Under the pieces are notes generated by a model. That model saw nothing but the letters and a program-made list of their open reading frames with translations, was not told the origin of the DNA and did not search any database. Source: an uncultured Actinomycetes bacterium (GTDB lineage: Bacteria; Actinomycetota; Thermoleophilia; Solirubrobacterales; Solirubrobacteraceae). Taken from it: a stretch of DNA of 64,000 nt. Where the stretch lies: assembly GCA_963715695.1 (NCBI GenBank), contig OY970266.1:786562-850561 (forward strand). Direction: 5' to 3'. The position numbers and the translations under genes were made by a program. Of this stretch, positions 13,837-25,760 are shown in pieces (the stretch's first letter is position 1; each line of letters opens with the position of its first letter).

Positions 13837-14636
13837 GTGCGGCGCACCGTAGCAGCCGTCACCGCGAGCGCGTCCCTCACCGGCCGCACGTCGTGGACGC
13901 GGAAGATCGACGCGCCGTGCAGCAGCGCGAGCACGTTCGTCGCGATCGTCGCCGACAGGCGGTCGGCGACCTCGCGGCCGGTGATGCGCCCGAGGAACGA
14001 CTTGCGCGACGTGCCGATCACGACAGGCCGCCCGAGCGCGACGATCTCGTCGAGGCGGCGCAGCAGTTCGAGGTTGTGCGCGACGGTCTTGCCGAAGCCG
14101 ATGCCGGGGTCGAGCTGGATCCGCTCCTCCGCGATCCCTTCGCCGACGGCGACTGCGAGGCGCGCTTCGAGGAACGCCTTGACGTCATCGACGACATCGT
14201 CGTAGACGGGGTCCTGCTGCATCGTGCGCGGCTCGCCAAGCATGTGCATCAGGCAGCAGTCGAGCTCGTGCTCGGCGACGAGGCTCGCGAGGGCCGGATC
14301 GCCACGGAAGGCGGTGACGTCGTTGACGTACGTCGCGCCGGCGGCAATCGCCGCCTCGGCCACCTCGCGCTTCGACGTGTCGATCGACAGCTGCGCGGCG
14401 GTGCCGGCCGCGACGAGCCCCTCGATCGCCGGGACGACGCGTCGCAGCTCCTCGGCGACGGAGACCGCGTCGGCACCGGGCCGTGTCGACTCGCCGCCGA
14501 CATCGATGATGTCAGCGCCCTCCGCCTCCAGCTCGCGGCCGTGCGCGATCGCTGCCGCCGCGTCGAGGTAGCGACCGCCGTCGGAGAACGAGTCGGGCGT
14601 GACGTTGAGCACGCCCATGATGCGGAACTGCGTCAC
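13833..14636 (-). CDS. folP: Dihydropteroate synthase
   Basis: MGVLNVTPDSFSDGG, GGESTRPG, DPGIGFGKT, SRKSF, RVHDV. Confidence 0.97.
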   Translation of the reverse strand: MTQFRIMGVLNVTPDSFSDGGRYLDAAAAIAHGRELEAEGADIIDVGGESTRPGADAVSVAEELRRVVPAIEGLVAAGTAAQLSIDTSKREVAEAAIAAGATYVNDVTAFRGDPALASLVAEHELDCCLMHMLGEPRTMQQDPVYDDVVDDVKAFLEARLAVAVGEGIAEERIQLDPGIGFGKTVAHNLELLRRLDEIVALGRPVVIGTSRKSFLGRITGREVADRLSATIATNVLALLHGASIFRVHDVRPVRDALAVTAATVRRT

Positions 14637-14703
14637 GCGCGCATCGTCGCAGGGGCCGCCGTCACGCGACGGCCGGCCCCTGCGCGAGGCGTGTGTCGTG
14701 TCG

Positions 14704-17700
14704 CTACTTGACGATCGTGAACGCGAGCGTGACCGGCTTCGCGCTGCCGCCGAGGTTGGTCGCCGTGAGCGTCGCCTTGTACGTGCCCGGACGCAGCGCG
14801 CGTCGGCCGAGGCGACCGCTGAATGCGACTGCCTTGGCGCCCTTCGCCTCGTTGGCGCGCGTGATCGTGCCGATCTTCAGCGTGCGCGTGCAGCGCTTCG
14901 CGTGCGCCTTGCGGAGCGTCGCCGTCGAGGCGACGCACTTGCCGCCACGACGCAGGCCCGACTCGACGCGCGTGATCGCGATCTGCAGCTTCGCCGACGC
15001 GGCGAGCGTGAACTGGAAGCTCGTCCCGGTCGGTGCCTTCTTGGCGCCGCGTGCCTTCGCGAGGCGCGCGGACACCGCGGTCGGCTGCGAGCCGACGCGG
15101 AAGCGCTTGTTCGTCACGCTTGCGGCGGAGATCGCCGGCAGCGGGAGCCCAGGCGGCGGGGTCGTGATCGTGGTCGTCGTGCCGGGTGGTGGCGTGGTCG
15201 TGGTCGTGGTCGTGGGGGTCGGTGTCGTCGTCGTGGTCGGTGGCGGTGTGGTCGTCGTCGTGGTGGTCGTCGTCGTGCCACCACCGCCCGCAACGAACTC
15301 GTACGCACCGATGTCCGGGTTGGACCCGAGCACGCGGGCGTTGCCGGCCGGGTCGAGCGGGCCGTCGTCGGTCGCGTTTGCCAAGCCCTTGTCGATCGTC
15401 GGCGATCCGGTCGCCTCTTCGAAGTCGAACGCGGGCAAGCCGCCGACCGCAGCGGCGGTCGGGTTCAGGAACAGCGGGACGAGCGTCCCGTCCGCCTGGT
15501 TGCTCGGGTCCGACGTGTTGATCGTCGTCCCCACACCCGGACCTGCCTTGACGAAGTTCGCGTGCGACAGGTTCACCGTGACGGCAGCCCCACTCGGGGT
15601 TGCAGCGGCGGTGAGCGTGTCCGCGGCGACGTCGGCGAGCTGAACCGGGTTCGCGCCCGTCGTCGGCGGATTGTGCGCGATCACGTTGTCGAGCTTCGCC
15701 GTCAATGCGGCACCGACGTTCGTGACCTGATCGTGCACGGAGATCGCTCCGGCGGTGCTGCTGAGCATGTCGTACGCGGTGACGTTGCGCAGCTTGAGCG
15801 TCTGCGTGACGCCGCTCGCGTCGAGCCGCACCGCCATGCCGTTCGCCGAGGTGGCGACGCAGACGCTGTTGCGCAGCAGGCCGGACCGCAGGTAGCAGGT
15901 GCCGGACGCGAGCCCGGTTCCACGCGCGGTGATGCGGTCGGCTGTCTTGCCGGCGAACGCGAGCGCGGTCCCCTGCACAGCGGCCGCCGGGTGGTCGACG
16001 ATGTTGAGGTACTCAGCCGTCGAGTTGGAACTGAGGATCGACAGTCCGATCACTGCCGTCGTGTCGATCGTCGGAGCCGGCTTGCTGAGGTCGCCGTGGA
16101 TGTCGATGTTCTTCCCGGGCAGGTCCGTGACGACCGTGGAGCCCATCGTGTAGGTGCCCTCGGCGAGCAGCACCGTGTCGATCGTCGTCGCCGACGTCGA
16201 GGCGCTGTTGACCGCGGTGACGAGGTCGCAGGGCGAGGCCTGCGACGTGCACGGCGCGTTGGCTGCGCTGCCGCCGGGCGCGGCGAAGCGCGTCGCAGCG
16301 GTCGGCAGCGGCGTCGTCGTCGTCGTCGTGGTCGGCGGCGGCGTCGTCGTCGTGGTCGTCGTCTTCGGCGTCGTCGTGGTCGTCACGGGCGTCGTCGTCG
16401 TGACCGGCGTCGTGGTCGTCGTCGGCACCGTCGTGGTCACCGGCGTCGTGGTCGTCGTCGTCGTCGTGACCGGCGTCGTAGTCGTTGTCGGCGTCGTCGT
16501 GGTCACCGGCGTCGTCGTCGGCAACGTGATGATCGGAGTCGTCGTAGTCGTCGAGGTCGTGCCGGTCGTCGTGAAGCTCACGTCAGTCGAGCTGACGTTC
16601 CCGTTCGGCGACGTCATCACGAGCTGCGCGTGGTACGTCGTCCCTGCTGCAAGTCCCGACAGGACCCCGACGGCGGACAGGTTCGCCGTGTTGGCCGGCA
16701 GCGTCTGCGAGGACGTCGTCGACCCATACGCGGTCGTCGTGCCGAACTTGTAGACGAAGCTGCCGCCGGCGAAGAAGTCCGGGTTGACCGGCGCCGTCAG
16801 CTTCACGCCGGACGACGTGATGTTCGAGACCGTCACGGCGCCGACCGTCGGCACCGGACCCTCGACCGCGCCGATGTCGCACGACAAGCCCTGCGGACGC
16901 GGCACGCCGCGCTGGTCGGCCGCGCCGCACGCCCCGGGATCGCCGTTGTCGACGAGCGGGCTGAGGAACGAGGGCAGCATCGTCAGCGTCGGCCCGCCGT
17001 TGTTGGAAAGGCCTTGGACCGCCCCGACAAGGCCCACGCGGTCGGCGAGCGCACCCGTGTTGAAGGCGCAGCCCGGATCGTTGCCCTCCTGCGCGTTGTG
17101 CCCGAGCGACTGCACGGTCCCGCCATTGGGCACGTAGCAGTTGGGGTTGGTCGGCGTCTGCGTCTGGCCGAAGAAGGTGTTGCGAAAGGTGAGCTTCGGG
17201 CTCGGGCCGCGGACGAGCAGGTTGTCCCCGGCGAGGCCGTTCGCACGGTTGCCGGCGATCGTGTCGTTGAGCAGGCCCAGCGACGTAGCGATGGAGAAGT
17301 CCGAGTAGGCGATCCCGCCCCCGTAGCTGACACCGCCGCTCGCCGTGTTGTTGGCGACCGTCGTGTCCATGATCGTTCCGGACAGGCCCCCCTCCATGTT
17401 GACGGCGATCCCACCTCCGACGCCGACTGCCGTGTTCCCGGACACGAGGTCGCGATCCATCGTCAACGAACTGCTTGCCGAGATGCCGCCGCCGTCGCTG
17501 GCCGCCGTGTTACCGGTGATCGCGTCGTCCAGCAGCGTCAGTGGGACGCCGGCAGTGACCGCACCGCCGCTGCTCCCCGAATGACCGCCCGTGAGCGTCA
17601 TCCCGCTGAGCGTCAAGCCCCCGCCGCTGAACGCCTCGAACAGATTCGTCGCGTCGTGTCCGTCGATGATCGTCGCGCCTGCTCCGGCACCGCGGATCGT

Positions 17701-17967
17701 CAGTGCCTGCGTGACGTTGATCGCGCCGCGAAAGGGAAACGTCGTGGGGACCACGTCGTAGTGCCCAGCCGGAAGGACGATCGTGTCGCCGTCGCCCGCG
17801 ACAGCGACCGCGAAGCGCAGCTCGCCCGGCGCAGGTGGATCGGAGTCGGTCGTCTTCGTAACCGTGATCGTGCTCGCCTGCACCGCCGGCGCACCGGCAG
17901 CCATGGCCGCCGCAAAGCTCATGGCGGCAACCGCCGCGATCGACATTCCACGCAATGACAGCGGCAC
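14704..17967 (-). CDS. Large secreted surface protein: two beta-helix/choice-of-anchor-Q-like modules, FN3-like domain, Thr/Pro-rich linkers, basic C-terminal domain
   Basis: Signal peptide, GGGI/GNTA repeats, DQRGVPRPQGLSCDIGAVE and GNARVLGSNPDIGAYEF motifs, YKFGTTTAYG...GLAAGTTYH; purine-rich RBS before GTG. Confidence 0.8.
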   Translation of the reverse strand: MPLSLRGMSIAAVAAMSFAAAMAAGAPAVQASTITVTKTTDSDPPAPGELRFAVAVAGDGDTIVLPAGHYDVVPTTFPFRGAINVTQALTIRGAGAGATIIDGHDATNLFEAFSGGGLTLSGMTLTGGHSGSSGGAVTAGVPLTLLDDAITGNTAASDGGGISASSSLTMDRDLVSGNTAVGVGGGIAVNMEGGLSGTIMDTTVANNTASGGVSYGGGIAYSDFSIATSLGLLNDTIAGNRANGLAGDNLLVRGPSPKLTFRNTFFGQTQTPTNPNCYVPNGGTVQSLGHNAQEGNDPGCAFNTGALADRVGLVGAVQGLSNNGGPTLTMLPSFLSPLVDNGDPGACGAADQRGVPRPQGLSCDIGAVEGPVPTVGAVTVSNITSSGVKLTAPVNPDFFAGGSFVYKFGTTTAYGSTTSSQTLPANTANLSAVGVLSGLAAGTTYHAQLVMTSPNGNVSSTDVSFTTTGTTSTTTTTPIITLPTTTPVTTTTPTTTTTPVTTTTTTTTPVTTTVPTTTTTPVTTTTPVTTTTTPKTTTTTTTPPPTTTTTTTPLPTAATRFAAPGGSAANAPCTSQASPCDLVTAVNSASTSATTIDTVLLAEGTYTMGSTVVTDLPGKNIDIHGDLSKPAPTIDTTAVIGLSILSSNSTAEYLNIVDHPAAAVQGTALAFAGKTADRITARGTGLASGTCYLRSGLLRNSVCVATSANGMAVRLDASGVTQTLKLRNVTAYDMLSSTAGAISVHDQVTNVGAALTAKLDNVIAHNPPTTGANPVQLADVAADTLTAAATPSGAAVTVNLSHANFVKAGPGVGTTINTSDPSNQADGTLVPLFLNPTAAAVGGLPAFDFEEATGSPTIDKGLANATDDGPLDPAGNARVLGSNPDIGAYEFVAGGGGTTTTTTTTTTPPPTTTTTPTPTTTTTTTPPPGTTTTITTPPPGLPLPAISAASVTNKRFRVGSQPTAVSARLAKARGAKKAPTGTSFQFTLAASAKLQIAITRVESGLRRGGKCVASTATLRKAHAKRCTRTLKIGTITRANEAKGAKAVAFSGRLGRRALRPGTYKATLTATNLGGSAKPVTLAFTIVK
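15160..15290 (-). repeat. Low-complexity ACG/ACC repeat encoding a Thr/Pro linker
   Basis: GTC/GTG-rich run on the + strand, translating to TTTTTTTTTTPPPTTTTT on the minus strand. Confidence 0.85.
16310..16572 (-). repeat. Low-complexity repeat encoding (T)nPV linker units
   Basis: Repeated TTTTPVTTTT units. Confidence 0.85.
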
Positions 17968-18072
17968 GAGCTGTCCCCTTCCTTGAGGAGCAATGATCCG
18001 GGCGAAGTGCGCGCGTGTGAGCGATCCGGCTCAGCTGCGCGGTGCGCCGGACCTTAGGTGAGCGTTGCCGCA

Positions 18073-18111
18073 CGAATTGGCGCGGACTGGGAGCGCGCGT
18101 GCGCCAATTCG
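18073..18111. other. Perfect 11-bp inverted repeat (terminator or operator) between the hydrolase and the large secreted protein gene
   Basis: CGAATTGGCGC-N17-GCGCCAATTCG. Confidence 0.5.
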
Positions 18112-18184
18112 CACAAGCTCACTCCCGCTCGCTCGGGGACGAGTCGGCCGGAATCCGACCGTGGGCGCGCGCGGCGCCGCTCCG

Positions 18185-19060
18185 TCAGGTGCCCGCGGCG
18201 GGCACCGGATCGCGCACGAACTCCGCGATCCGCGCTGCAAGCCAGTCCGGCTGGTCCTCGGGAACGAAGGCGCGGGCGTCCGCGGTCGTGACGAGCCGCG
18301 CGTGCGGGAAGGCAGCGGCGAGCCGCTCGCCGAAGCGCAGCGGGAAGACGCGGTCCTCCGTCGCCCAAGCGATCAGCACCGGCTGCTCGAACGCACCGAA
18401 GCGCTCGGCCGCAGCGAGCGTGTCGCGCTTGTCGATCCCGCGCAGGAATGCAGTCGTGTCGCGCCGCACGCCCGCGTCGCGCAGGATCGGTCCGACCCAG
18501 GCCTGCTCGACCGCACGCTCGACCGGGCGCTTCGTCAGCCAGCCGTAGGCGATCGGCAGCCGGCGCAGCAGCGGCACGCGCAACATCTGCATCCCGATCA
18601 GCGGACCACCCGGCACGCGCGCGAGCCACTGCAGATAGCGGAACAGCGGCGGCAGGAAGTTCTCGTACGCGTCGCATGGCGTCAGCACGAGCCGCCCGAT
18701 CCGCTCCGGGTAGCGCGTCACGACGAGCTGGCTGATCGCGCCGCCGCTGTCGTTCGCGACGAGCGTCACGTCGGTGAGGTCGAGCGCCGCGATGAAGTCC
18801 GCGATCAGCTTCGCGACCCCGCCGGGGGTCACGTCCGCGCCGGCCTTCAGCGGAAGCTCATGCGAGCCCAGCGGCCAGTCGGGCACGATGCAGCGCAGCT
18901 GGCCGGACAGCTGCGGCACGACCTTGCGCCACAGCAGCCCGTTGACGAGCAGGCCGTGGACGAACACCGCCGCGGGCAACGACGGGTCGCCGACCTCGCG
19001 GTACCGGATCGTGCCCTGCGGGAGCTGAAGCTCCTTCGCCTCACCGAGTGGATGTGCCAT
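18185..19060 (-). CDS. Alpha/beta hydrolase (epoxide hydrolase/dehalogenase-like, Asp nucleophile)
   Basis: FVHGLL...W, ANDSGG, FVPEDQP. Confidence 0.88.
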   Translation of the reverse strand: MAHPLGEAKELQLPQGTIRYREVGDPSLPAAVFVHGLLVNGLLWRKVVPQLSGQLRCIVPDWPLGSHELPLKAGADVTPGGVAKLIADFIAALDLTDVTLVANDSGGAISQLVVTRYPERIGRLVLTPCDAYENFLPPLFRYLQWLARVPGGPLIGMQMLRVPLLRRLPIAYGWLTKRPVERAVEQAWVGPILRDAGVRRDTTAFLRGIDKRDTLAAAERFGAFEQPVLIAWATEDRVFPLRFGERLAAAFPHARLVTTADARAFVPEDQPDWLAARIAEFVRDPVPAAGT

Positions 19061-19127
19061 GCGTCATGCATGGATACCGCACCCACGCGGCACGCGTCGC
19101 ACTCGGCCGAAGCCGAGCCACTGAGAG

Positions 19128-21104
<1,977 letters not shown>

Positions 21105-21201
21105 GGACACGTTCCGGGCGCGCTCAGCGCCATGTCAGACGGTGGACGGGCTGTCAAGGGTACCAGTTGGCTTTCCTTGCCCTGGGCGGCTGCACCCGGG
21201 C

Positions 21202-21732
21202 CTACCCCTCGTTCAACGCCGCCACATAGGGAAGGTTGCGGTACCGCTCGGCATGGTCGAGGCCGTAGCCGACCGCAAACCGGTTCGGGATCTCGAAGCC
21301 GACGTAGCGCGGCGAGAGGTCGACCTTGAGGCGCTCCGGCTTCGTCAGCAGAGCACAGACGGCCAGCGACGCCGGCTCGCGCCCCTTCAGGTTGCGCAGC
21401 AGGTATTGGAGCGTCAAGCCGGAGTCGACGATGTCCTCGACGATGATCACGTCACGTCCCTCGATCACCGCGTCGAGGTCCTTGAGGATCCGCACGACGC
21501 CGGAGGACTGCGTCGCCGAGCCGTACGACGCGACCGCCATGAAGTCGACTTCGACCGGCAGCTCGATCGAGCGCATCAGGTCGGAGAGGAAGAAGACGGC
21601 CCCCTTCAGCACGCAGACGAGCAGCGGCTCGCGCCCTGCATAGTCGCGTGTGATCGCTGCGCCCAGTTCGCGCACGCGGTGCTGCAGCTCGTCCGCCTGG
21701 ACGAGAATCTCGCCGATCGCCGCGTCGCCCAT
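21202..21732 (-). CDS. hpt: Hypoxanthine phosphoribosyltransferase
   Basis: VLKGA, IVEDIVDSGLTL, VGYGLD...YRNLP. Confidence 0.97.
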   Translation of the reverse strand: MGDAAIGEILVQADELQHRVRELGAAITRDYAGREPLLVCVLKGAVFFLSDLMRSIELPVEVDFMAVASYGSATQSSGVVRILKDLDAVIEGRDVIIVEDIVDSGLTLQYLLRNLKGREPASLAVCALLTKPERLKVDLSPRYVGFEIPNRFAVGYGLDHAERYRNLPYVAALNEG

Positions 21733-21781
21733 CTCGGCGGCAGTCTACGCAGCAGCGCCCCGGAAGCCTGCGACGGGCGCC

Positions 21782-22756
21782 TCAGGCCGGCGTGCGCGGC
21801 CGCCGCGGCGCTTCGGTGCTGCGCTCGGCGTGCAGCAGGCCGCGCGTCGCGACGGCACGGATGCCGCCGCCGAGGTCGAGCATCGCGGTGCCGGTGCGGC
21901 GCAGGCCGGCTACCGCTTCGGCGCGGCGCGCGGCTCCCGGAACGGGGCGCCCGGCCGCCGCGTCGGCGAGGCGTTGCACGACGAGCCGGCGCAGCGCGGG
22001 CGGCAGCGCCGCGAGCCGCTCGAGCGTGATCGTCAGTTCGGAGCCACTGCCGTCGCGCCCGAGCTGCTCGGCGACAAGCGCGTCGAGCACCTCGGCCTCG
22101 TCGCGCAGCAGCTCGGCGGTCCGCAGCACGTTCGCCTGCGCCGCCGGGTGCGCCGTCTGCAGCGCCGGCAGGAGCGTGTGGCGCACGCGATTGCGCGCGT
22201 AGCCGTCACCGGCGTTCGTCGCGTCGTCGCGCCAGGCAAGCCCGCGCTCCTCGCAGTAGGCGGTCGTCTGTGCTCGCGTGCACGCGAGCAGCGGTCGCAC
22301 GAGCCGCCCGTCCCGCGGTCGCATCCCGAGCAGTGCGCGACGGCTCGGCGAGGACGCGAGCCGGTAGAGGATCGTCTCGACCTGGTCGTCGGCCGTGTGG
22401 CCGGCCGCGATCGTTGCGCCTTCGGCGAGCGCACGCTGGGCCGCTGCTGCGTAGCGCGCGTCGCGCGCCCACGCCTGCAAGTTCCCCGGGCCCTCGGGGC
22501 GCAGCGGCCGCTCGCGCGCGAGCGGCACGCCGAGCCGCTCGCAGAGCGCGACGCAGTGACGCTCGTCCGCGTCGGCCTCGTCGCGCAGCCCGTAGTTCAC
22601 GTGCACGACGCTGACGGCGGCGGCACCGGCCAGCTCGACGGCTACGTCGAGCAGGCAGACGGAGTCGCGCCCACCCGACAGCAGCACGACGACCGGCGCG
22701 CCAGCGGGCAGAAGCCCCCCGGTGCGCACCTGCTCGAGGACGCGGTCGGCCTCCAT
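21782..22756 (-). CDS. tilS: tRNA(Ile)-lysidine synthetase
   Basis: SGGRDS PP-loop, HVNYGLR, GHTADDQVET, RPLL, RNRVRH. Confidence 0.96.
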   Translation of the reverse strand: MEADRVLEQVRTGGLLPAGAPVVVLLSGGRDSVCLLDVAVELAGAAAVSVVHVNYGLRDEADADERHCVALCERLGVPLARERPLRPEGPGNLQAWARDARYAAAAQRALAEGATIAAGHTADDQVETILYRLASSPSRRALLGMRPRDGRLVRPLLACTRAQTTAYCEERGLAWRDDATNAGDGYARNRVRHTLLPALQTAHPAAQANVLRTAELLRDEAEVLDALVAEQLGRDGSGSELTITLERLAALPPALRRLVVQRLADAAAGRPVPGAARRAEAVAGLRRTGTAMLDLGGGIRAVATRGLLHAERSTEAPRRPRTPA

Positions 22757-22766
22757 CGAGTTCAGT

Positions 22767-23969
22767 CTAGGCCGCGATCGACTGCGCGAGGAACAGCTCG
22801 GTCGACTCGGCGAAGCCCTTCAGCCGCACCGCGCCGATCCGCTCGAAGCGCAGGTGCGCACCGGCCGTCTCGACGACCGGGCGCGTCACGAGCACCTCGC
22901 CGCCGCCGGAGCGGGCGGCGACGCGCGCTGCGAGGTTGACCTCGCGCCCGTAGTAGTCGCCTTCGCGGTAGAGCGTCTCGCCGACGTGGATCCCGATCCG
23001 CGGCCGCGGCCGCTCGCTGAACAGCTCCTGGAAGCCGACCGCCCAGTCGGTCAGCCCGCCGGCGTCGGCGGCGACGACCATCACCTCGTCGCCGATCGTC
23101 TTCACGATCCGCGCGTCGTCGGGCAACGTCAACTGGACCGCGTCGACGAAGCGCTCGACCGCGTCGACCGCCTCCTCCTCGCCGACTTCCTCGGTCAGGC
23201 GCGTGTAGCCGGCGAGGTCGGCGAAGGCGATCGCCACACGCAGGCGGCCGAGGTCGTCGCCGGCCTGACCGTCGAACGCCGACTCCATGTGGCCGATCAC
23301 GTCCTGCTCGACGAAGTGCCGCAGGAAGCGCCGGTGGACGAGGTCCATCAGCGGCGAGGTCAGCGGCAGCAGCCCGCGCGCGAGCTGCTCCATCTGCTCG
23401 GCCATCTCAAGCCCCGGCACGCCGTCGCGCATCAGCGGCTCGTGCACGTAGAGGTGGAACAGCCGCACCTCGGCGTCGGCGATGTCGGCGAGCGCCTGGC
23501 CGTAGACGCGCACGATCTGCAGCAGCGCGACGAGCGGGAAGCCGGCATCGAGCACCTCGGCCGCGCGCCGCAGCAGCGCCAGCTCTTCGTCGGGGATCCG
23601 CTCGATCGCCGCGGCTCCGTAGCCGAGCGACGTCAGCAGACGCTCGATCAATGCAGGCTCGAGCCCGGTCTCGGCCGCCGCCTGCGCGAGCGGGACGCCG
23701 CCCTCGAGCGCCGGGAACAGCTCCTCGACGTAGCCGAACGCAAGCCGCCCCTCCGCGCTCGCGGTGCGGATCTGGTCGAGCGGGTGGCCGCGCTCGCGCA
23801 GGCGCGCGACGATCCGCGCGTGTGCCGCGGCGGCCGGCGTCCAGCTGCCGTTCGCGAGCGGGATCACGCCCTGGCGCGCCCAGCGGCGCAGCGTCGCCGG
23901 CGTGACGCCGGCGCGGCGCGCTGCCTCGGCGACCGACAGCGTCGTCGTCTCGCGGCGGCTCGTCCCCAT
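22767..23969 (-). CDS. Class III adenylate/guanylate cyclase with N-terminal MerR-type HTH and regulatory domain
   Basis: AARRAGVTPATLRRW HTH; FADLAGYT, KTIGDEVM, DYYGREVNLAAR. Confidence 0.9.
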   Translation of the reverse strand: MGTSRRETTTLSVAEAARRAGVTPATLRRWARQGVIPLANGSWTPAAAAHARIVARLRERGHPLDQIRTASAEGRLAFGYVEELFPALEGGVPLAQAAAETGLEPALIERLLTSLGYGAAAIERIPDEELALLRRAAEVLDAGFPLVALLQIVRVYGQALADIADAEVRLFHLYVHEPLMRDGVPGLEMAEQMEQLARGLLPLTSPLMDLVHRRFLRHFVEQDVIGHMESAFDGQAGDDLGRLRVAIAFADLAGYTRLTEEVGEEEAVDAVERFVDAVQLTLPDDARIVKTIGDEVMVVAADAGGLTDWAVGFQELFSERPRPRIGIHVGETLYREGDYYGREVNLAARVAARSGGGEVLVTRPVVETAGAHLRFERIGAVRLKGFAESTELFLAQSIAA

Positions 23970-24030
23970 TCGCCGTCACGCTAGCCGCTTGCTCGCGCAC
24001 GAGCGCCACGCGCGAGCGCGTGCCCCTCGT

Positions 24031-24450
24031 TCAGACCACGAGGTGCGGGTAGTCGCGCGCGACGAGCTCGCGGTAGTGCGCGTTGACCGGCTTCGTGATC
24101 GGGATCAGCGCAAGCGCCGCCTTCACGTCGCCGCCCGCCTTGATGCGCCGCCGGGCGATCGCGACCGCGATGTTCTCGCGGCCCTGGAAGTAGCGGTTCG
24201 CGGTCTCCGAGGACATCGTCATGTGGACCTTCGACTCCCAGTCGACGTCGTCGCTCCACACCCAGACGATGTTGGCGTCCTCGTCCGGACGTGCAGCACG
24301 AACGTTGACGACGAGGTCGAGATCCTCGAACTCGAAACGCTGGGGCACGTCCGCGTCGCGCAGCTTCGGCCCCATCTCGGGGTCTCCGTCCATCAGTTCG
24401 AAGATCCGGTCGATCACCTCGCGGAACTCCTTCGACGACGTGAAGCTCAT
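24031..24450 (-). CDS. Stand-alone SCP2 (sterol carrier/lipid-binding) domain protein
   Basis: C-terminal AIARRRIKAGGDVKAALAL resembles SCP2; 139 aa; GGAGG RBS. Confidence 0.7.
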   Translation of the reverse strand: MSFTSSKEFREVIDRIFELMDGDPEMGPKLRDADVPQRFEFEDLDLVVNVRAARPDEDANIVWVWSDDVDWESKVHMTMSSETANRYFQGRENIAVAIARRRIKAGGDVKAALALIPITKPVNAHYRELVARDYPHLVV

Positions 24451-24542
24451 CTGGTCTGGTCCTCCGGTGCTCGACGGCGGTCCATCACGCGTGCAGCTAG
24501 TTGGGAGGGCAGTCTACGTCGGGACGTCTATCCTCGCCCGCC

Positions 24543-25271
24543 GTGACCGTCACGCTGCACATCCATCCGACCGCCGACCTCGCCGAGCGCGTGCTGCTGC
24601 CCGGCGACCCAGGCCGTGCGCTGCTGCTCGCGCAGGCGCTGTTGAGCGAGCCGAGGATGTTCAACCACAACCGTGGACTGTGGGGCTACACGGGCGCCGC
24701 AGCCGACGGCGCGCCGCTGACGATCCAGAGCACCGGGATGGGCGGCCCGAGCGCCGCGATCGTGATCGAGGAGCTCGCGCGGCTCGGAGCGCGGCGGATC
24801 GTGCGGGTCGGGACTTGCGGCGCCTTCGCCGGTGCCGGCCTCGCGCTCGGCGACGCGCTCGTCGCCGAGGCGGCGGTGGCGGCCGACGGCACGAGCCGGG
24901 CGCTCGGCGCCGACGGGCGCGTGGCAGCCGACGCGGGCGTGACCGACGCGCTGATGGCGGCCGCCGCGGGCGCCGGCGGGGCGCGCCGTGGCGCGATCGT
25001 CACGACCGACCTCTTCTACGACGCTGGCGGCGCCCATGCGTCGAGCGCCGGCGAGGATGGCGGAGCTGCCGGCCACGACGGAGCGCTCGCGATCGAGATG
25101 GAGGCGGCGACGTTGTTCCAGCTCGGCGCGCTGCGCGGGCTCGCGACCGGCTGCGTGCTCGTCGTCACCGACCTGCTCGGTGCGACGCCGCAGCGGATCG
25201 ACGCCGACGCGCTCACGGCGGCAGCCGAACGCGTCGGAGCGATTGCCGCAGCCGCGCTCAGCGATGTCTGA
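24543..25271 (+). CDS. Purine nucleoside phosphorylase (DeoD/uridine phosphorylase family)
   Basis: LLPGDPGRA, STGMGGPS, RVGTCG, DLFY, IEMEAA. Confidence 0.9.
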   Translation: MTVTLHIHPTADLAERVLLPGDPGRALLLAQALLSEPRMFNHNRGLWGYTGAAADGAPLTIQSTGMGGPSAAIVIEELARLGARRIVRVGTCGAFAGAGLALGDALVAEAAVAADGTSRALGADGRVAADAGVTDALMAAAAGAGGARRGAIVTTDLFYDAGGAHASSAGEDGGAAGHDGALAIEMEAATLFQLGALRGLATGCVLVVTDLLGATPQRIDADALTAAAERVGAIAAAALSDV

Positions 25272-25277
25272 CGGCGA

Positions 25278-25760
25278 TCAGGACTTCGGCTTGGCCGCGC
25301 GCTTCGACGCAGCAGCCGCGCGCGTGCGCGAGGGCGAGCGCGGCTTGGCCGGCGGCACGACCGTGGCCGGCGGAGTCGCAGGAGCGCCTGCCAGCGTCGC
25401 AGCAAGCTGCGTGAGTTGCTGCTCGATCGCACCGAGGCGCCGCTCGATCGCGTCGGCGCCACCGATCGCGCCGATCCGCTGCTCGACGCGGTCGAGCGCG
25501 TCCTCGATCCCCTCGAGCCGCTGCGAGACCGAGCGCACGCGGCGCGTGAGTCGCTCGAGGTCGCCGGCCGACGGCAGGTTGAGCGCGCCCATCGCCACCT
25601 CCTGCGCCTGTGCCGCCTTCTCGCGCGCGTCGAACACACGCGAGAGCGCGTTGCTGACGAGCGGGCTCTCGAGCAGCTCCTGCGTGAGGCGTCCCAGGGC
25701 ATCCTCGCTCTGGCGTGACATGCGGGCGCGCAGCCCGTCGGCGGACGTCTCGGTGCTCAT
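25278..25760 (-). CDS. Hypothetical coiled-coil protein (phasin-like, Ala/Lys/Pro-rich tail)
   Basis: LNLPSAGDLERLTRRVRSVSQRLEGIE resembles phasin/PhaE-type C-termini. Confidence 0.6.
   Translation of the reverse strand: MSTETSADGLRARMSRQSEDALGRLTQELLESPLVSNALSRVFDAREKAAQAQEVAMGALNLPSAGDLERLTRRVRSVSQRLEGIEDALDRVEQRIGAIGGADAIERRLGAIEQQLTQLAATLAGAPATPPATVVPPAKPRSPSRTRAAAASKRAAKPKS

Noticed and set aside
15160-16572. GTC-rich repeats as a CRISPR array or non-coding satellite
   Set aside because: There is no repeat-spacer structure and no cas genes; the repeats encode Thr linkers in frame.
14599-17958. Long antisense and alternate-frame ORFs (also e.g. 4386..6773, 19422..21329, 26256..28634)
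   Set aside because: These are shadow ORFs caused by stop-codon scarcity in high-GC DNA; the real genes are on the other strand or frame.
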